From an uncultured Gemmatimonadales bacterium (GTDB lineage: Bacteria > Gemmatimonadota > Gemmatimonadetes > Longimicrobiales > RSA9): 64,000 bases of DNA. Location: positions 128,001 to 192,000 of the forward strand of contig CAWAMW010000007.1 in NCBI GenBank assembly GCA_963783305.1, in the 5' to 3' direction. The notes below the pieces were generated by a model. The model was not told the DNA's origin and made no database searches. It saw nothing but the letters and a program-made list of their open reading frames with translations. Below are positions 1 to 9,342 of the stretch, piece after piece (the first letter of the stretch is position 1; every line of letters begins with the position of its first letter). A program made the position numbers and the translations under genes.

Positions 1-23
1 AGGGCGTTCCCGCGAGCTGAGGG

Positions 24-518
24 GTGATCCGCCACGAGCGTGCTCCCACGGATACCGGGCGCCCGGCCGGTGCCGGGGACGAGTACTGGATGCGGAGGGC
101 TCTTTCGCAGGCCCGGATCGCGGCCGCCGCCGACGAGGTGCCCGTAGGAGCCGTGGTGGTGGTCGATGACCAGCTCATCGCCGAAGCCCACAACCAGCCT
201 CGGTCCCTCCACGACCCCACCGCTCACGCCGAAGTGCTCGCACTTCGCTCCGCCGCCGCATCCCTCGGCCACTGGTGGCTGAACGGAGCTACGCTCTACG
301 TCACTCTGGAACCGTGCGCCATGTGCGCTGGCGCCACCGTGCTCTCCCGGATCGACCGGCTGGTCTACGCCGCACCCGACCCGAAAGCCGGCATGGCCGG
401 ATCCCTCGCCTGTATCCCGCAGGACCCCCGGCTGAACCACCACGTGGAGATCGTCGGCGGGGTGCTGGAGGATGAGGCCGCGGAGATGTTGAGGGAGTTT
501 TTCAGGGCGCGGCGATAG
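24..518 (+). CDS. tadA: tRNA adenosine(34) deaminase
   Basis: EVPVGAV, HDPTAHAE and LYVTLEPCAMC zinc-deaminase motifs, C-terminal FFRARR. Start codon uncertain. Confidence 0.93.
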   Translation: MIRHERAPTDTGRPAGAGDEYWMRRALSQARIAAAADEVPVGAVVVVDDQLIAEAHNQPRSLHDPTAHAEVLALRSAAASLGHWWLNGATLYVTLEPCAMCAGATVLSRIDRLVYAAPDPKAGMAGSLACIPQDPRLNHHVEIVGGVLEDEAAEMLREFFRARR

Positions 519-522
519 CGGA

Positions 523-610
523 AACACAGAACACAGAACACAGAACACAGGGCACAGGGCACAGGGCACAGGGCACAGGGCACAGGGCACAGGGCACAGG
601 GCACAGGGCA
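523..610. repeat. 7-bp tandem array (AACACAG)x4 then (GGCACAG)x8
   Basis: Read directly; begins 5 nt after the tadA stop. Confidence 0.97.
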
Positions 611-619
611 GGAGGCGCC

Positions 620-984
620 TTAGGGTCGGGTCCGGAGAGTGTGGCGGTAGGCGTGTAATTGGCGGTAAAGGTTTTCGTACTGGTCTCTGGTGGCGGCGAG
701 GAGTTGGGGGGGACCGCGGACGCGTTGTGGTTGATGATGCGGAGGCAGGCGATCACCTCCACCAGGGAGCCGAGGGCGAATTGGATGAAGCGTGCGGCAT
801 CCCGGCCGGTGCGGCGCTCCGTCGACTCCGCGATGTTGAGGACCACGCTGACGCTCGCCCGGCGAAGTTGCTCCGAGAGGTTGAATCGCTCGGCCGATGG
901 AAGCATCGCTGCCGTCTCATACGCGAGCGTCAGACACTCTTCAGCTCGTCTATAAACCCGGAGATCCTCGAACACGAACGCCAT
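620..984 (-). pseudogene. Four-helix-bundle protein (TIGR02436 / 23S rRNA IVS-protein / Avd-like), frameshifted at a C7 run
   Basis: MAFVFEDLRVY...ERFNLSEQLRRASVSVVLNIAES...FIQFALGSLVEV fits the family signature. One extra C in the G7/C7 run at 706-712 gives ...PQLLAATRDQYENLYRQLHAYRHTLRTRP* (121 aa, stop 622-620). Could be an intact gene with a homopolymer sequencing error. Confidence 0.8.
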
Positions 985-1080
985 GCCCCCAAACAAAGCC
1001 CCCCCGAGGGGCAACACCATGGCCAGTGGGGTCAGGACCCCCCCTCGAGCAGATCCGCTCGTCGTACAATTTGCGAACCA

Positions 1081-1150
1081 TGCCCTGTGAACTGGGCGCT
1101 TTAATCTGTAATCTGTGACCTGTAATCTGTGACCCGTAATCTGTGACCTT
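1081..1150. repeat. Degenerate 7-bp tandem array, 10 units (TGCCCTG TGAACTG GGCGCTT TAATCTG TAATCTG TGACCTG TAATCTG TGACCCG TAATCTG TGACCTT)
   Basis: Read directly; consensus TnnnCTG is the reverse complement of the 523-610 units. Confidence 0.9.
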
Positions 1151-1157
1151 ATAAGCC

Positions 1158-2096
1158 GTGACCTACCCGATCCTCGTATCCGCAGAAGTCGACCAGTTCC
1201 TTCGCAACGTGTCCGTCCCCGACGACATCGAGGTCCACATCCTCCAGCCGGGCGAAGAAGTGCCGGGGGGGGAGTACGTGGGGATCCTGCCGGTGCTCAC
1301 GCGGGCCATCGGTCCGGCGCAGCTCGACCGGCTGCCGGCGCTCAGGGTGGTGGCCAACATGGCGGTCGGCTACGACAACGTGGACGTCGCCGCGGCGCGC
1401 GAGCGGGGGGTCGAGGTGACCAATACCCCCGACGTTCTGACCGGCGCCACGGCCGAGCTGACGTGGGCGCTTATCCTCGCCACCGCCCGCAGGGTGGGGG
1501 AGGGGGAGCGTCTCGTCCGGGCCGGCGAATGGGAGGGGTGGGAACCGACGCAGCTCCTCGGGATGGGGTTGGCAGGAAAGACGCTCGGCATCGCGGGTGC
1601 GGGGCGGATCGGCCGCGAAGTGGGGCGGCGAGCCGCTGTCTTCGGCATGGAGGTGGCCTATTGGGGCCGTACAGGCCGGCCCGAATGGGAGCGGGAGACC
1701 GGCGCCCGGCCCACCTCGGACCTCGGGGAGCTCGCCGCCGTCGCCGACATCCTGTCCGTTCATCTCGCCTCCACTCCCCACACCCGCCGCATCATCGACG
1801 GCACCGTGCTGGATCGGATGAAGGAGAACGCGATCCTGGTCAACACCTCCCGCGGCGATGTCGTCGATGAGGGGGCGCTGATCGAGCGACTGGAGTCAGG
1901 ACGGCTGAGGGCGGGGCTGGACGTGTACGCGGCTGAGCCGAAGATCCCGGAGCGGCTGCGTCGGCTCCCGAACGTCGTGCTCCTGCCACACCTCGGCAGT
2001 GCCACGCGCGAGACCCGTCAGGAGATGTTCGACCTGGCCTGGCAGAACCTGCTGCGTTGTGTGCGCGGCGAGCCCCCGCTTACCCCGGTCGGCTGA
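1158..2096 (+). CDS. D-isomer-specific 2-hydroxyacid dehydrogenase (glyoxylate reductase / D-glycerate dehydrogenase type)
   Basis: AVGYDNVD, NTPDVLT, GAGRIG, LVNTSRGDVVDE, AGLDVY, PHLGSAT motifs. Confidence 0.9.
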   Translation: MTYPILVSAEVDQFLRNVSVPDDIEVHILQPGEEVPGGEYVGILPVLTRAIGPAQLDRLPALRVVANMAVGYDNVDVAAARERGVEVTNTPDVLTGATAELTWALILATARRVGEGERLVRAGEWEGWEPTQLLGMGLAGKTLGIAGAGRIGREVGRRAAVFGMEVAYWGRTGRPEWERETGARPTSDLGELAAVADILSVHLASTPHTRRIIDGTVLDRMKENAILVNTSRGDVVDEGALIERLESGRLRAGLDVYAAEPKIPERLRRLPNVVLLPHLGSATRETRQEMFDLAWQNLLRCVRGEPPLTPVG

Positions 2097-2191
2097 CGAG
2101 TATTGGCTCGGTTCCACTCGCACGGAGCTTGCACTGTATCCGGGCGAGAACGAGAGAAACCGGACCCCTCGAACGAGTCCTGGAGGACAAG

Positions 2192-2398
2192 ATGATCAGC
2201 AAGCTCATGAACATGATGGCATACCGTAAGGCCCCGAAGGCGACCTACCTCCTGAAGCACCCCGTGAAGGGTGGAAAGGCGCTGCTGGCCGCAAAGGGCG
2301 GCAAGGCGCTGTTCACCGGCCGGACCGGCCTTCTGCTGGGCGCGCTGGCCGCGGTCCCGGTGGGCCTGTGGGCCGCCAGCCAGGTAGGGAACGGCTGA
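2192..2398 (+). CDS. Small basic hypothetical protein (68 aa) with C-terminal hydrophobic segment
   Basis: GGAGGA SD at 2182-2187 before ATG 2192, GC-rich third positions, followed by a strong hairpin. Confidence 0.65.
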   Translation: MISKLMNMMAYRKAPKATYLLKHPVKGGKALLAAKGGKALFTGRTGLLLGALAAVPVGLWAASQVGNG

Positions 2399-2429
2399 TC
2401 CCCGGCTGGACCTGAACGATCCTGAAGCG

Positions 2430-2461
2430 GAAGAGCCGGCGCCCGAGGGCGCCGGCTCTTC
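2430..2461. terminator. Perfect hairpin between convergent genes (probable bidirectional terminator)
   Basis: GAAGAGCCGGCGCC-CGAG-GGCGCCGGCTCTTC. Confidence 0.7.
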
Positions 2462-2506
2462 TCTCATTCAGGCGTTCGCGGCATGACGCCGCGAGCCCCG
2501 CTCAGC

Positions 2507-3802
2507 CTAATTGCAGAGGCTGTCGGGTGTGTTTGTGTTCCGATCACACTCGGCGACCGGGATCGGCATGAACGTGTACTTCACCGGCTCGTTGAATCGC
2601 CGCAGGTCCGCGAAGCGAACGGCCTGGAGGTAGAGCTCGTAGCCGCGCTCCTCGAGGATGGCGTCGAGCATGGCCCCCGGCGTGGGGACGTCCGTTGTCG
2701 TGAGGGCGGGGAGACAGGCGACCGGCTCGGGCAGCGGGGAATCGCACTGGGTCCGAACCTCGTTCACCAGCGCGAGGGCCTGGGGGAGGTTCAGGTTGCC
2801 GTCACGGGCGTAGACCTCGGCCTGGATCAGCTTCATCTCGTCGGGAAGATAGACCGGGTACGAGTCGGACCGCTGCATGTAGCGGAGCACGTCATCGAGG
2901 GCCAGCTCACCGGCGCTCGGGCTCGTGATCTCCGCTTCCGCCACCCAGTAGGCCCAGCGCTGGTCCTCGGGGTCCGCATCGGCCCAGAAGGCCTCTTCCG
3001 CGCGCAGCGCGTAGGCGTTGCCCGACGCGTACCACATGTTCCAGAGCGGGTTGGCATCGAGCCCCTCGAAGCGGAACTCCGAAAAGACGGTCTGGTCCAC
3101 CCGCTGGGCGGCCGTCAGGGCGTCATCATAGCGCTCGGCCATGAGCGAGAAGCGCGCGATCATGGCGTCGATGCTGTTCTCAAGGTCGAAGCCGTTGGCC
3201 ACCACCTGGCTGTAGAACTCGGTCGGAGCCGGCGTATCCTGGAGGTGCTGTCGCGCCTCGTTCAACAGGTCCAGTGCCTCGTCGATGAGCGCCTCCCGGG
3301 ACACGAACTCCGGATTGGACAGGTTAGGCCCGACCATGATCGGCGCCCGCTCGTATATCTGGTAGAGCTGTCCGAAAGCGAGACCCTTGTAGAACTTGCC
3401 CAGCGCCGTCAGCCCGCTGGTGTAGCCGGCCGGCAGCCCCACATCGTCCGCGGCGTCGATCACCACGTTGGCGACGCGGATCACGTCATACATCCCGAAC
3501 CACGTGCCCGTGGAGGGCCCTTCCGTGCCGTCGATCTCGCGGCCCAGGTCCGCGTCCTGATAGCTCTCGAACGTCTCGGGGATCGCGCCGATCTCGTCCG
3601 TGATGAGCCCGACGGTGTAGACCGGGTCCACCAGGTTGTTGCTGTACACCGCCTGCAGCCCGATGGCGACCTGCCGGAGCCCATCGGCGGTGGTGACCGC
3701 CAGCTCCTCGCTCGGGTTGTTCGGGTCCGTGAGGTCCATGTCGCAGGCCCCGAGCGCGAGCGCGCCGAGCAGCGGCAGGGTCCAGATCGTCATTCTCTTC
3801 AT
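2507..3802 (-). CDS. SusD/RagB-family outer-membrane lipoprotein
   Basis: Lipobox LGAC after ATG 3802 (AGGAG SD); C-terminal ILEERGYELYLQAVRFADLRRF and PIPVAE motifs; directly downstream of a SusC gene. Confidence 0.88.
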   Translation of the reverse strand: MKRMTIWTLPLLGALALGACDMDLTDPNNPSEELAVTTADGLRQVAIGLQAVYSNNLVDPVYTVGLITDEIGAIPETFESYQDADLGREIDGTEGPSTGTWFGMYDVIRVANVVIDAADDVGLPAGYTSGLTALGKFYKGLAFGQLYQIYERAPIMVGPNLSNPEFVSREALIDEALDLLNEARQHLQDTPAPTEFYSQVVANGFDLENSIDAMIARFSLMAERYDDALTAAQRVDQTVFSEFRFEGLDANPLWNMWYASGNAYALRAEEAFWADADPEDQRWAYWVAEAEITSPSAGELALDDVLRYMQRSDSYPVYLPDEMKLIQAEVYARDGNLNLPQALALVNEVRTQCDSPLPEPVACLPALTTTDVPTPGAMLDAILEERGYELYLQAVRFADLRRFNEPVKYTFMPIPVAECDRNTNTPDSLCN

Positions 3803-3833
3803 GCCCTTAGCTCCTGTCGTAGTCATCGGTCGC

Positions 3834-6752
3834 TCAGTAGTCCAGTCGGATTCCGACCGACAGCTCGCGCGAATTCGGGAAGGCCGCGAAGTCGGTACCG
3901 CGCTCCACGGTGCTGAGTCCGAACATGTTGATCTCGGGGTCGTAGCCGCTGTAGTCGGTCCAGGTGATCAGGTTGCGGCCCATGACCTCGAGCTGCATGC
4001 CGCCCGCGCCGATCCGGTCGGAGAGGCTCGCCGGGACCTTCCAGCGGAGGGAGGCCTCGCGCAGCTTCACGAAGCTCGCGTCTTCCAGGTACGACTCCCA
4101 GATCGAGATATCACGCGACAGAGCCGCCGCGGTCATGTCGCCCCGCAGCACGGCGTCGTACTTGGCGCCGGCGTCGAAGATGTCCATGATCCGCTGGCTC
4201 TGGTTCCACAGCTCGTGGCCGAACTGACCGTCGAACAGGAGCCCGAAGGTGATGGCGTCGCCGATCTCGAAGTCGTTGCGCAGCGATGCGGCGAAGTCGG
4301 GCCACGGGTTCCCGACGAACTGGCGATCGCCCTGCACCGGCAGGTTGTCGCCATCGTAGACGATGTTGCCCTGCTCATCGCGCTCGTACCCGATCATGTA
4401 GTGGACACCGAGGGGCTGACCTTCCTCCACCCGGTTCGTGTACCCCACGTTGAACGGGTCGCCTTCAAGCTTCTCCACCACGTTCTCGTTCTTGGAGAAG
4501 ATGAGAGCCGACGACCAGCGGAATCCAGACCGCTCCATGTTGACCGTGTTGAGCTCGGCCTCAATGCCCCAGTTGCTCAGGGCGCCCACGTTGTCGAGGA
4601 TCGAGCCCACGCCCGAGCTCGGCGCGAAAACCCGCGAGAGCAGCAGGTCGTCGGTGTACTGGTCGTAGTACGTGAGGCTCAGGCCGAGCCGGTCGTGGAG
4701 CGCGCCCAGGTCCAGGCCGAACTCGTACTCCCGCTGCCGCTCCGGCCGCAGCTCCGGGTTGCCCGCCCGCGAGAGCGGCACCAGGCCGAGCCGAGCGTTG
4801 TTGATGGCCGTGCCGTAGCGTGAGGACCGCGCGTACGCGTCACCCAGCGACGGCTGGTTACCCGCGTAGCCTAGGGCGCCACGGATGCGGAACTCGCTGA
4901 ACAGGTCGCCCAGCGGCGAGTCCTGGAAGTACGTCTCCTCGGAGACCACATAGCTGGCGCCCACCTTCGGGTAGAGCTGCCAGCGCTCGTCCGGACCGAA
5001 CGTGGAGGACGCGTCCCAGCGGAGCGCGCCCGTCAGGTACAGGGCGTTGCGCCAGTCGATCTGCTGCTGGGCGAAGTAGCCCAGCGTCACCAGCTCGGTC
5101 TGCGACTGCGACGCCGCCTGGACGGCGCCGCGGACGAACCGGGTCAGCGGCGTGATGTCCGTGGCCGACGCGTTCAGCTGGTCCACCACCTGGTACGTGT
5201 GGTTCATCCCCGCCGAGGTGGTCATCTGGAGCGAGCTCGCCGGGTGCCAGACGTAGTTCCCGACCAGGTCGTTGTTGATGAGCATATTGTCGCGGTTCGC
5301 CGAGACGGCGCGGCCGGTGGGCGCGGCCGTGGAGCCGCGGGGAATGGACTGCCGGGTCTCCATGGAGTAGGTGTCGTAGCCCAGCCGGTACTCCATGGTC
5401 AGATCCATCAGCGGGTTGCTGCGCGCCTGGAACGATCCGACGAACCGGTCCACCGTCTGGGGCAGCCGCCAGTCACGCGTGACCACCAGCGGGTTCGGGA
5501 ATACGGTGCTCTGCACCACGTAGTCGCCGGTCTCCGGGTTGACCGCACCCAGGTCGACCGTGGTGGGTGTGAACATGATCGCCGTCAGCAGGCCGCCCTC
5601 GCCCTGCTCACCGTTGATGATCAGGTCCGTGTTGCTCTGGATGTAGTTGGCGCCCACCGAGAGGCTCAGCCAGCGGCCAAAGCTCTGGTCCAGGTTGAGC
5701 CGCGCGTTCAGCTTGTTGTGCGCGGACCCGATCAGAATCCCTTCCTGGTCCGTGTACGACGTCGAGATGTAGTAGCGCGTGTCGCCGGCCCCACCGGAGA
5801 CCGAGACGTTCATGTCCTGGCCCCAGCCGTCGCGGAAGATCAGGTCCTGGTGGTCGAACCGCTTCACCGTGTTGCCGGCCTCGTCCACCGGCGTCATGGC
5901 GAACTGCGTGCGGTGCTCCAGGTCGCTGCGCGTGGCCCGGATCGCCGCCTGCACCCGCGTATCACCCGCCTGACCGCGCTTCGTGAAGATCTGGACCACG
6001 CCGTTGTTGGCGCGCGAGCCATACAGCGCCGCGGCGGCCGCACCCTTCAGCACCTCGACCCGCGCGATGTCGTTCGGCGACAGGTCGGCCAGACGGTTGA
6101 TCGGGTTCGACCGGTTCCCGACGTTGATCTGCTGAGAAGCGTTGTTGTCGATGATCACGCCATCCACGATGTAGAGCGGCTCCGCTCCGCCCGTGATCGA
6201 GCTCGTGCCCCGCAGCCGGACGGAGATCCCGCCGCCGGGCATCCCGGAATTCGACGTGATCACGGCGCCCGCGATCTTACCCTGGAGCGCCTGGTCGATG
6301 GACGTGGCCGGCGAGGTCTCGATCTGGTCGGCCTGAACCGTCGACACCGAGTTGCCCATAGCGCGGCGGGTTGTGGGCCCGGCCGTTCCGGTGACCACGA
6401 TCTCCTCGAGCTCGAGCGCCGACTCCTCCATGCGCACCTCGGGGACCATGACCGTGGCATCGCCGCCCAGCACCACCGTCTCGGCCGCGCTGCGGCGGCC
6501 GATGTAGGAGAACGCCAGGTCGTAGTTCCCCGGCTCCAGGTTGGCCCGGATCATGTACCGGCCATTGGAGTCCGTTATGGCCCCGAGGCTGGTTCCGCGG
6601 ATCGCCACCTGCGCTCCGGCCAGACCCTCACCGGTAGCGTCGGCCACCACCGTGCCCTGGATCGTGTACGGGGTCTGTGCGCTGAGAGGCGCCGCTCCCG
6701 CTCCGACCAGCAGCGCCATCAACAGCGAGAACCGTCGAAAACGACTAGTCAT
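3834..6752 (-). CDS. SusC/RagA-family TonB-dependent receptor
   Basis: Signal peptide, EEIVVTG, ALQGKIAG, VRLRGTSS, EPLYIVDG, VEVLKGAAAAALYGSRANNGVVQIFTKRG plug signature, C-terminal YSGYDPE. Start set at ATG 6752 (AGGAG SD). Confidence 0.93.
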   Translation of the reverse strand: MTSRFRRFSLLMALLVGAGAAPLSAQTPYTIQGTVVADATGEGLAGAQVAIRGTSLGAITDSNGRYMIRANLEPGNYDLAFSYIGRRSAAETVVLGGDATVMVPEVRMEESALELEEIVVTGTAGPTTRRAMGNSVSTVQADQIETSPATSIDQALQGKIAGAVITSNSGMPGGGISVRLRGTSSITGGAEPLYIVDGVIIDNNASQQINVGNRSNPINRLADLSPNDIARVEVLKGAAAAALYGSRANNGVVQIFTKRGQAGDTRVQAAIRATRSDLEHRTQFAMTPVDEAGNTVKRFDHQDLIFRDGWGQDMNVSVSGGAGDTRYYISTSYTDQEGILIGSAHNKLNARLNLDQSFGRWLSLSVGANYIQSNTDLIINGEQGEGGLLTAIMFTPTTVDLGAVNPETGDYVVQSTVFPNPLVVTRDWRLPQTVDRFVGSFQARSNPLMDLTMEYRLGYDTYSMETRQSIPRGSTAAPTGRAVSANRDNMLINNDLVGNYVWHPASSLQMTTSAGMNHTYQVVDQLNASATDITPLTRFVRGAVQAASQSQTELVTLGYFAQQQIDWRNALYLTGALRWDASSTFGPDERWQLYPKVGASYVVSEETYFQDSPLGDLFSEFRIRGALGYAGNQPSLGDAYARSSRYGTAINNARLGLVPLSRAGNPELRPERQREYEFGLDLGALHDRLGLSLTYYDQYTDDLLLSRVFAPSSGVGSILDNVGALSNWGIEAELNTVNMERSGFRWSSALIFSKNENVVEKLEGDPFNVGYTNRVEEGQPLGVHYMIGYERDEQGNIVYDGDNLPVQGDRQFVGNPWPDFAASLRNDFEIGDAITFGLLFDGQFGHELWNQSQRIMDIFDAGAKYDAVLRGDMTAAALSRDISIWESYLEDASFVKLREASLRWKVPASLSDRIGAGGMQLEVMGRNLITWTDYSGYDPEINMFGLSTVERGTDFAAFPNSRELSVGIRLDY

Positions 6753-6964
6753 ACCTGCAACTCCTGCGGATTGGGTCATCATGGGGTTGGAAGCCCGGAT
6801 AGCCGAACGGTATTCTCCGAACGGCCGGAACACAATGTCAGATGTGTGAACGACCGGGATCGTTGTCACGATCCGTCCGTAGTCGGAACCGTGAACGAGG
6901 TGTGCGGCGTCTTCCCGGAAGCTGTTTCGGCCGGAGGAAATCGGCCGCCGGGCGTTTTCGCCCG

Positions 6965-8611
6965 TTACGTGGGACCGGCGTCGGGCGCGTCGCCAACCGG
7001 TTTCCCGAAGAACCGGAGCACGCCGTACAGGATCACGACCCCGGCCAGGAGGGAGATGCCCGGGTTCAATCCATATGCGGTGGGGATGTCACCGACGAGC
7101 ATGGCCACCAATGCCACCGTGATGGCGTACGGCAGCTGGGTGCGCACGTGGTCCACGTGGTCGCAGGCGGAGGCCATGGAGCTGAGGACCGTGGTGTCGG
7201 AGATAGGGGAGCAGTGATCGCCGAAGATGGATCCGGCCATGATGGAGCTCACCACCCCGAGGAGCACGGAGTAGTGTGTGCCCTCATCGAACCCGATGCC
7301 GGCGCCCATGGCGACGGCGAGGGGAATGACCACGGGGAATAGGATGGACATGGTCCCCCAGCTGGTGCCGGTGGCGAAGGAGATGATCGCCGCGGTGAGG
7401 AAGACGAGGACGGGGAGCAGGTGGATGGGCAGCGCGTCGCTCAGGAGGGAAGAGAGGTATTCGCCGGTTCCGAGGGCTTCGGTCGCCCCGCCCAGACCCC
7501 AGGCCAGGACGAGGATGATCATGGCGAGCATCATCGCCTGCATGCCGCCCACCCACGCTTCGACGGTCTGCTGAAGGGTGAGGATCCGCTGCACCGCGAC
7601 CATCACGATGGCCGTCAGGGAGCCGATGAACGACGCCCAGATGAGCGCCTTGAACGGATCGGCCGCGCCGGCGATGTCCCGCAGCGATGCGCCGGCGCCG
7701 GCCGCGATCCGACCGGTGATGTAGATCCCGGTGAGCGCCACCAGGATGGTGATGAGGACCGGCACGGCGGCGTTGTACCAGCGGTGGGGCTTGTCGGCCG
7801 GCGCCTCCATGAGGCCGCTGCCGGTGTCCGCGGCCAGCTGGGCGCCGGGCCGGTGCAGCCCCCCGCCCGTCACCGCCCGCTCCTCGGCCCCGAGCATGGG
7901 GCCGAACTCCCGCCGCATCAGGACGGTCATGAGCACGAAGAGGAGCGCCAGGATCGGGTAGAACAGGTACGGGATCGAGTGGAGGAAGATATTGAACGGG
8001 TTCTGCGCCGCGGCGATCAGGCTGGCGGACTCGCCGGGATCGCTGACGTTGCCGGCGGCGGCGGTGAGGGAGTCGCCGATCAGGGTGATCTCGAATCCGA
8101 CCCACGTGGAGATCAGGGCGATGGCCGCCATGGGCGCAGCGGTGGAATCGACGATATAGGCGAGCTTCTCCCGCGACACCTTCAGCCGATCCGTGATGGG
8201 CCGCATGGTGTTTCCAACGATCAGGGTGTTGGCGTAGTCGTCGAAGAAAATGGCGATGCCCGACAACCAGGTGAAGAACTGGCCGCGGCGCCGGCTGGTG
8301 GCGAGCGGTCGCATCGCCTCGACCATGCCGAGCGTCCCGCCGCTCCGGGACATGACGCCCACCATCCCGCCCAGGAGCAGGCTGAACATGACGATGGCGA
8401 TGTGGTCTGCGTTCCCGGAGAGGGCCTGGAGGGCGAAGCGGTCCACGCTCATGAGGGTGGCCGTGAGCGGATTCCAGTCGGCCAGGAAGAGGGCGCCGAG
8501 CCAGATCCCTGCGAAGAGGGAGACAACGACTTCCCGCGTGATCAGCGCCAGGAGGATGGCGGCGATGGGGGGCAGGAGGCTGAGCCAGCCCGGGTCGACG
8601 ACGGCGTCCAT
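6965..8611 (-). CDS. Na+/H+ antiporter NhaC-family membrane transporter
   Basis: FFDDYANTLIVG, SREKLAYIVDSTAAP, FATGTSWGT, GDHCSPISDTTVLSS, HVRTQLPYA. Confidence 0.88.
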   Translation of the reverse strand: MDAVVDPGWLSLLPPIAAILLALITREVVVSLFAGIWLGALFLADWNPLTATLMSVDRFALQALSGNADHIAIVMFSLLLGGMVGVMSRSGGTLGMVEAMRPLATSRRRGQFFTWLSGIAIFFDDYANTLIVGNTMRPITDRLKVSREKLAYIVDSTAAPMAAIALISTWVGFEITLIGDSLTAAAGNVSDPGESASLIAAAQNPFNIFLHSIPYLFYPILALLFVLMTVLMRREFGPMLGAEERAVTGGGLHRPGAQLAADTGSGLMEAPADKPHRWYNAAVPVLITILVALTGIYITGRIAAGAGASLRDIAGAADPFKALIWASFIGSLTAIVMVAVQRILTLQQTVEAWVGGMQAMMLAMIILVLAWGLGGATEALGTGEYLSSLLSDALPIHLLPVLVFLTAAIISFATGTSWGTMSILFPVVIPLAVAMGAGIGFDEGTHYSVLLGVVSSIMAGSIFGDHCSPISDTTVLSSMASACDHVDHVRTQLPYAITVALVAMLVGDIPTAYGLNPGISLLAGVVILYGVLRFFGKPVGDAPDAGPT

Positions 8612-8790
8612 GGTATCCAGGGTTGCAGGTCGGAGGTCGGTGGAACCGGTCCCAACAATACGGGGGGCCGATGGCCGACCGCAAATGGGACCGGAACAGC
8701 AATGGACGAGGCCCTTTCCGACGTTGACGTTGGGAAGGGTCTCCCGTAGCTTCCGGGGACTTCGTACCTACTCCCACGGGCGACCTCTGA

Positions 8791-9342
8791 ATGGCCTCGC
8801 AACGACAGCAGATCATGGACGAGCGCGCCGTCGAGCGCGCCCTCGCGCGCATGGCCCGCGAGATCACGGAGCGGAGCGCCGGCACGGATTCGCTCTCCCT
8901 CATCGGCATCCACCGCCGGGGCGTGCAGCTGGCGGAGCGGATCGCGGATGAAATCCAGAAGGCGGAGGAGACGCGGCCTCCGGTCGGCTCCCTCGACATC
9001 ACGCTCTACCGGGACGACCTGAAGGCCGTGGGACCCCGGCCGGTGGTGGGCGAGACGCGGCTGCCCGAAGGCGGGATCGACGACCGGGTGATCGTCATCA
9101 TCGACGACGTCTCGTACACCGGCCGAACCGCGCGCGCGGCCATGGATGAGCTGGCGGACTTCGGTCGGCCGCGCCGAATCCTCCTCTGCGTGCTCGTGGA
9201 CCGGGGCGGTCGTGAGCTGCCGATCCAGCCCGACATCGTGGGGCGCCACCTGTCCGTGCCGGACGGAACCCGCGTCGAGGTGCTGGTGCCGGAGCTGGAT
9301 GAGCGCCTGGGCGTGGAGTTCGGACCCATGGGAGAGGGGTGA
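8791..9342 (+). CDS. pyrR: Pyrimidine operon regulator / uracil phosphoribosyltransferase PyrR
   Basis: [10 protein letters not shown], DDVx[19 protein letters not shown]; upstream of pyrB. Confidence 0.93.
   Translation: MASQRQQIMDERAVERALARMAREITERSAGTDSLSLIGIHRRGVQLAERIADEIQKAEETRPPVGSLDITLYRDDLKAVGPRPVVGETRLPEGGIDDRVIVIIDDVSYTGRTARAAMDELADFGRPRRILLCVLVDRGGRELPIQPDIVGRHLSVPDGTRVEVLVPELDERLGVEFGPMGEG

Noticed and set aside
365..604. ORF with CPVPCAL repeats (metallothionein-like appearance)
   Set aside because: It is the translation of the heptamer array, antisense to tadA.
502..1150. Diversity-generating retroelement or rRNA intervening sequence
   Set aside because: The protein is Avd/IVS-like, but I see no reverse transcriptase, TR/VR pair or rRNA in the window.
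8612..8790. PyrR-binding attenuator upstream of pyrR
   Set aside because: Inverted repeats exist (CCGGTCCCA/TGGGACCGG), but I see no PyrR binding-loop consensus or U-tailed terminator.
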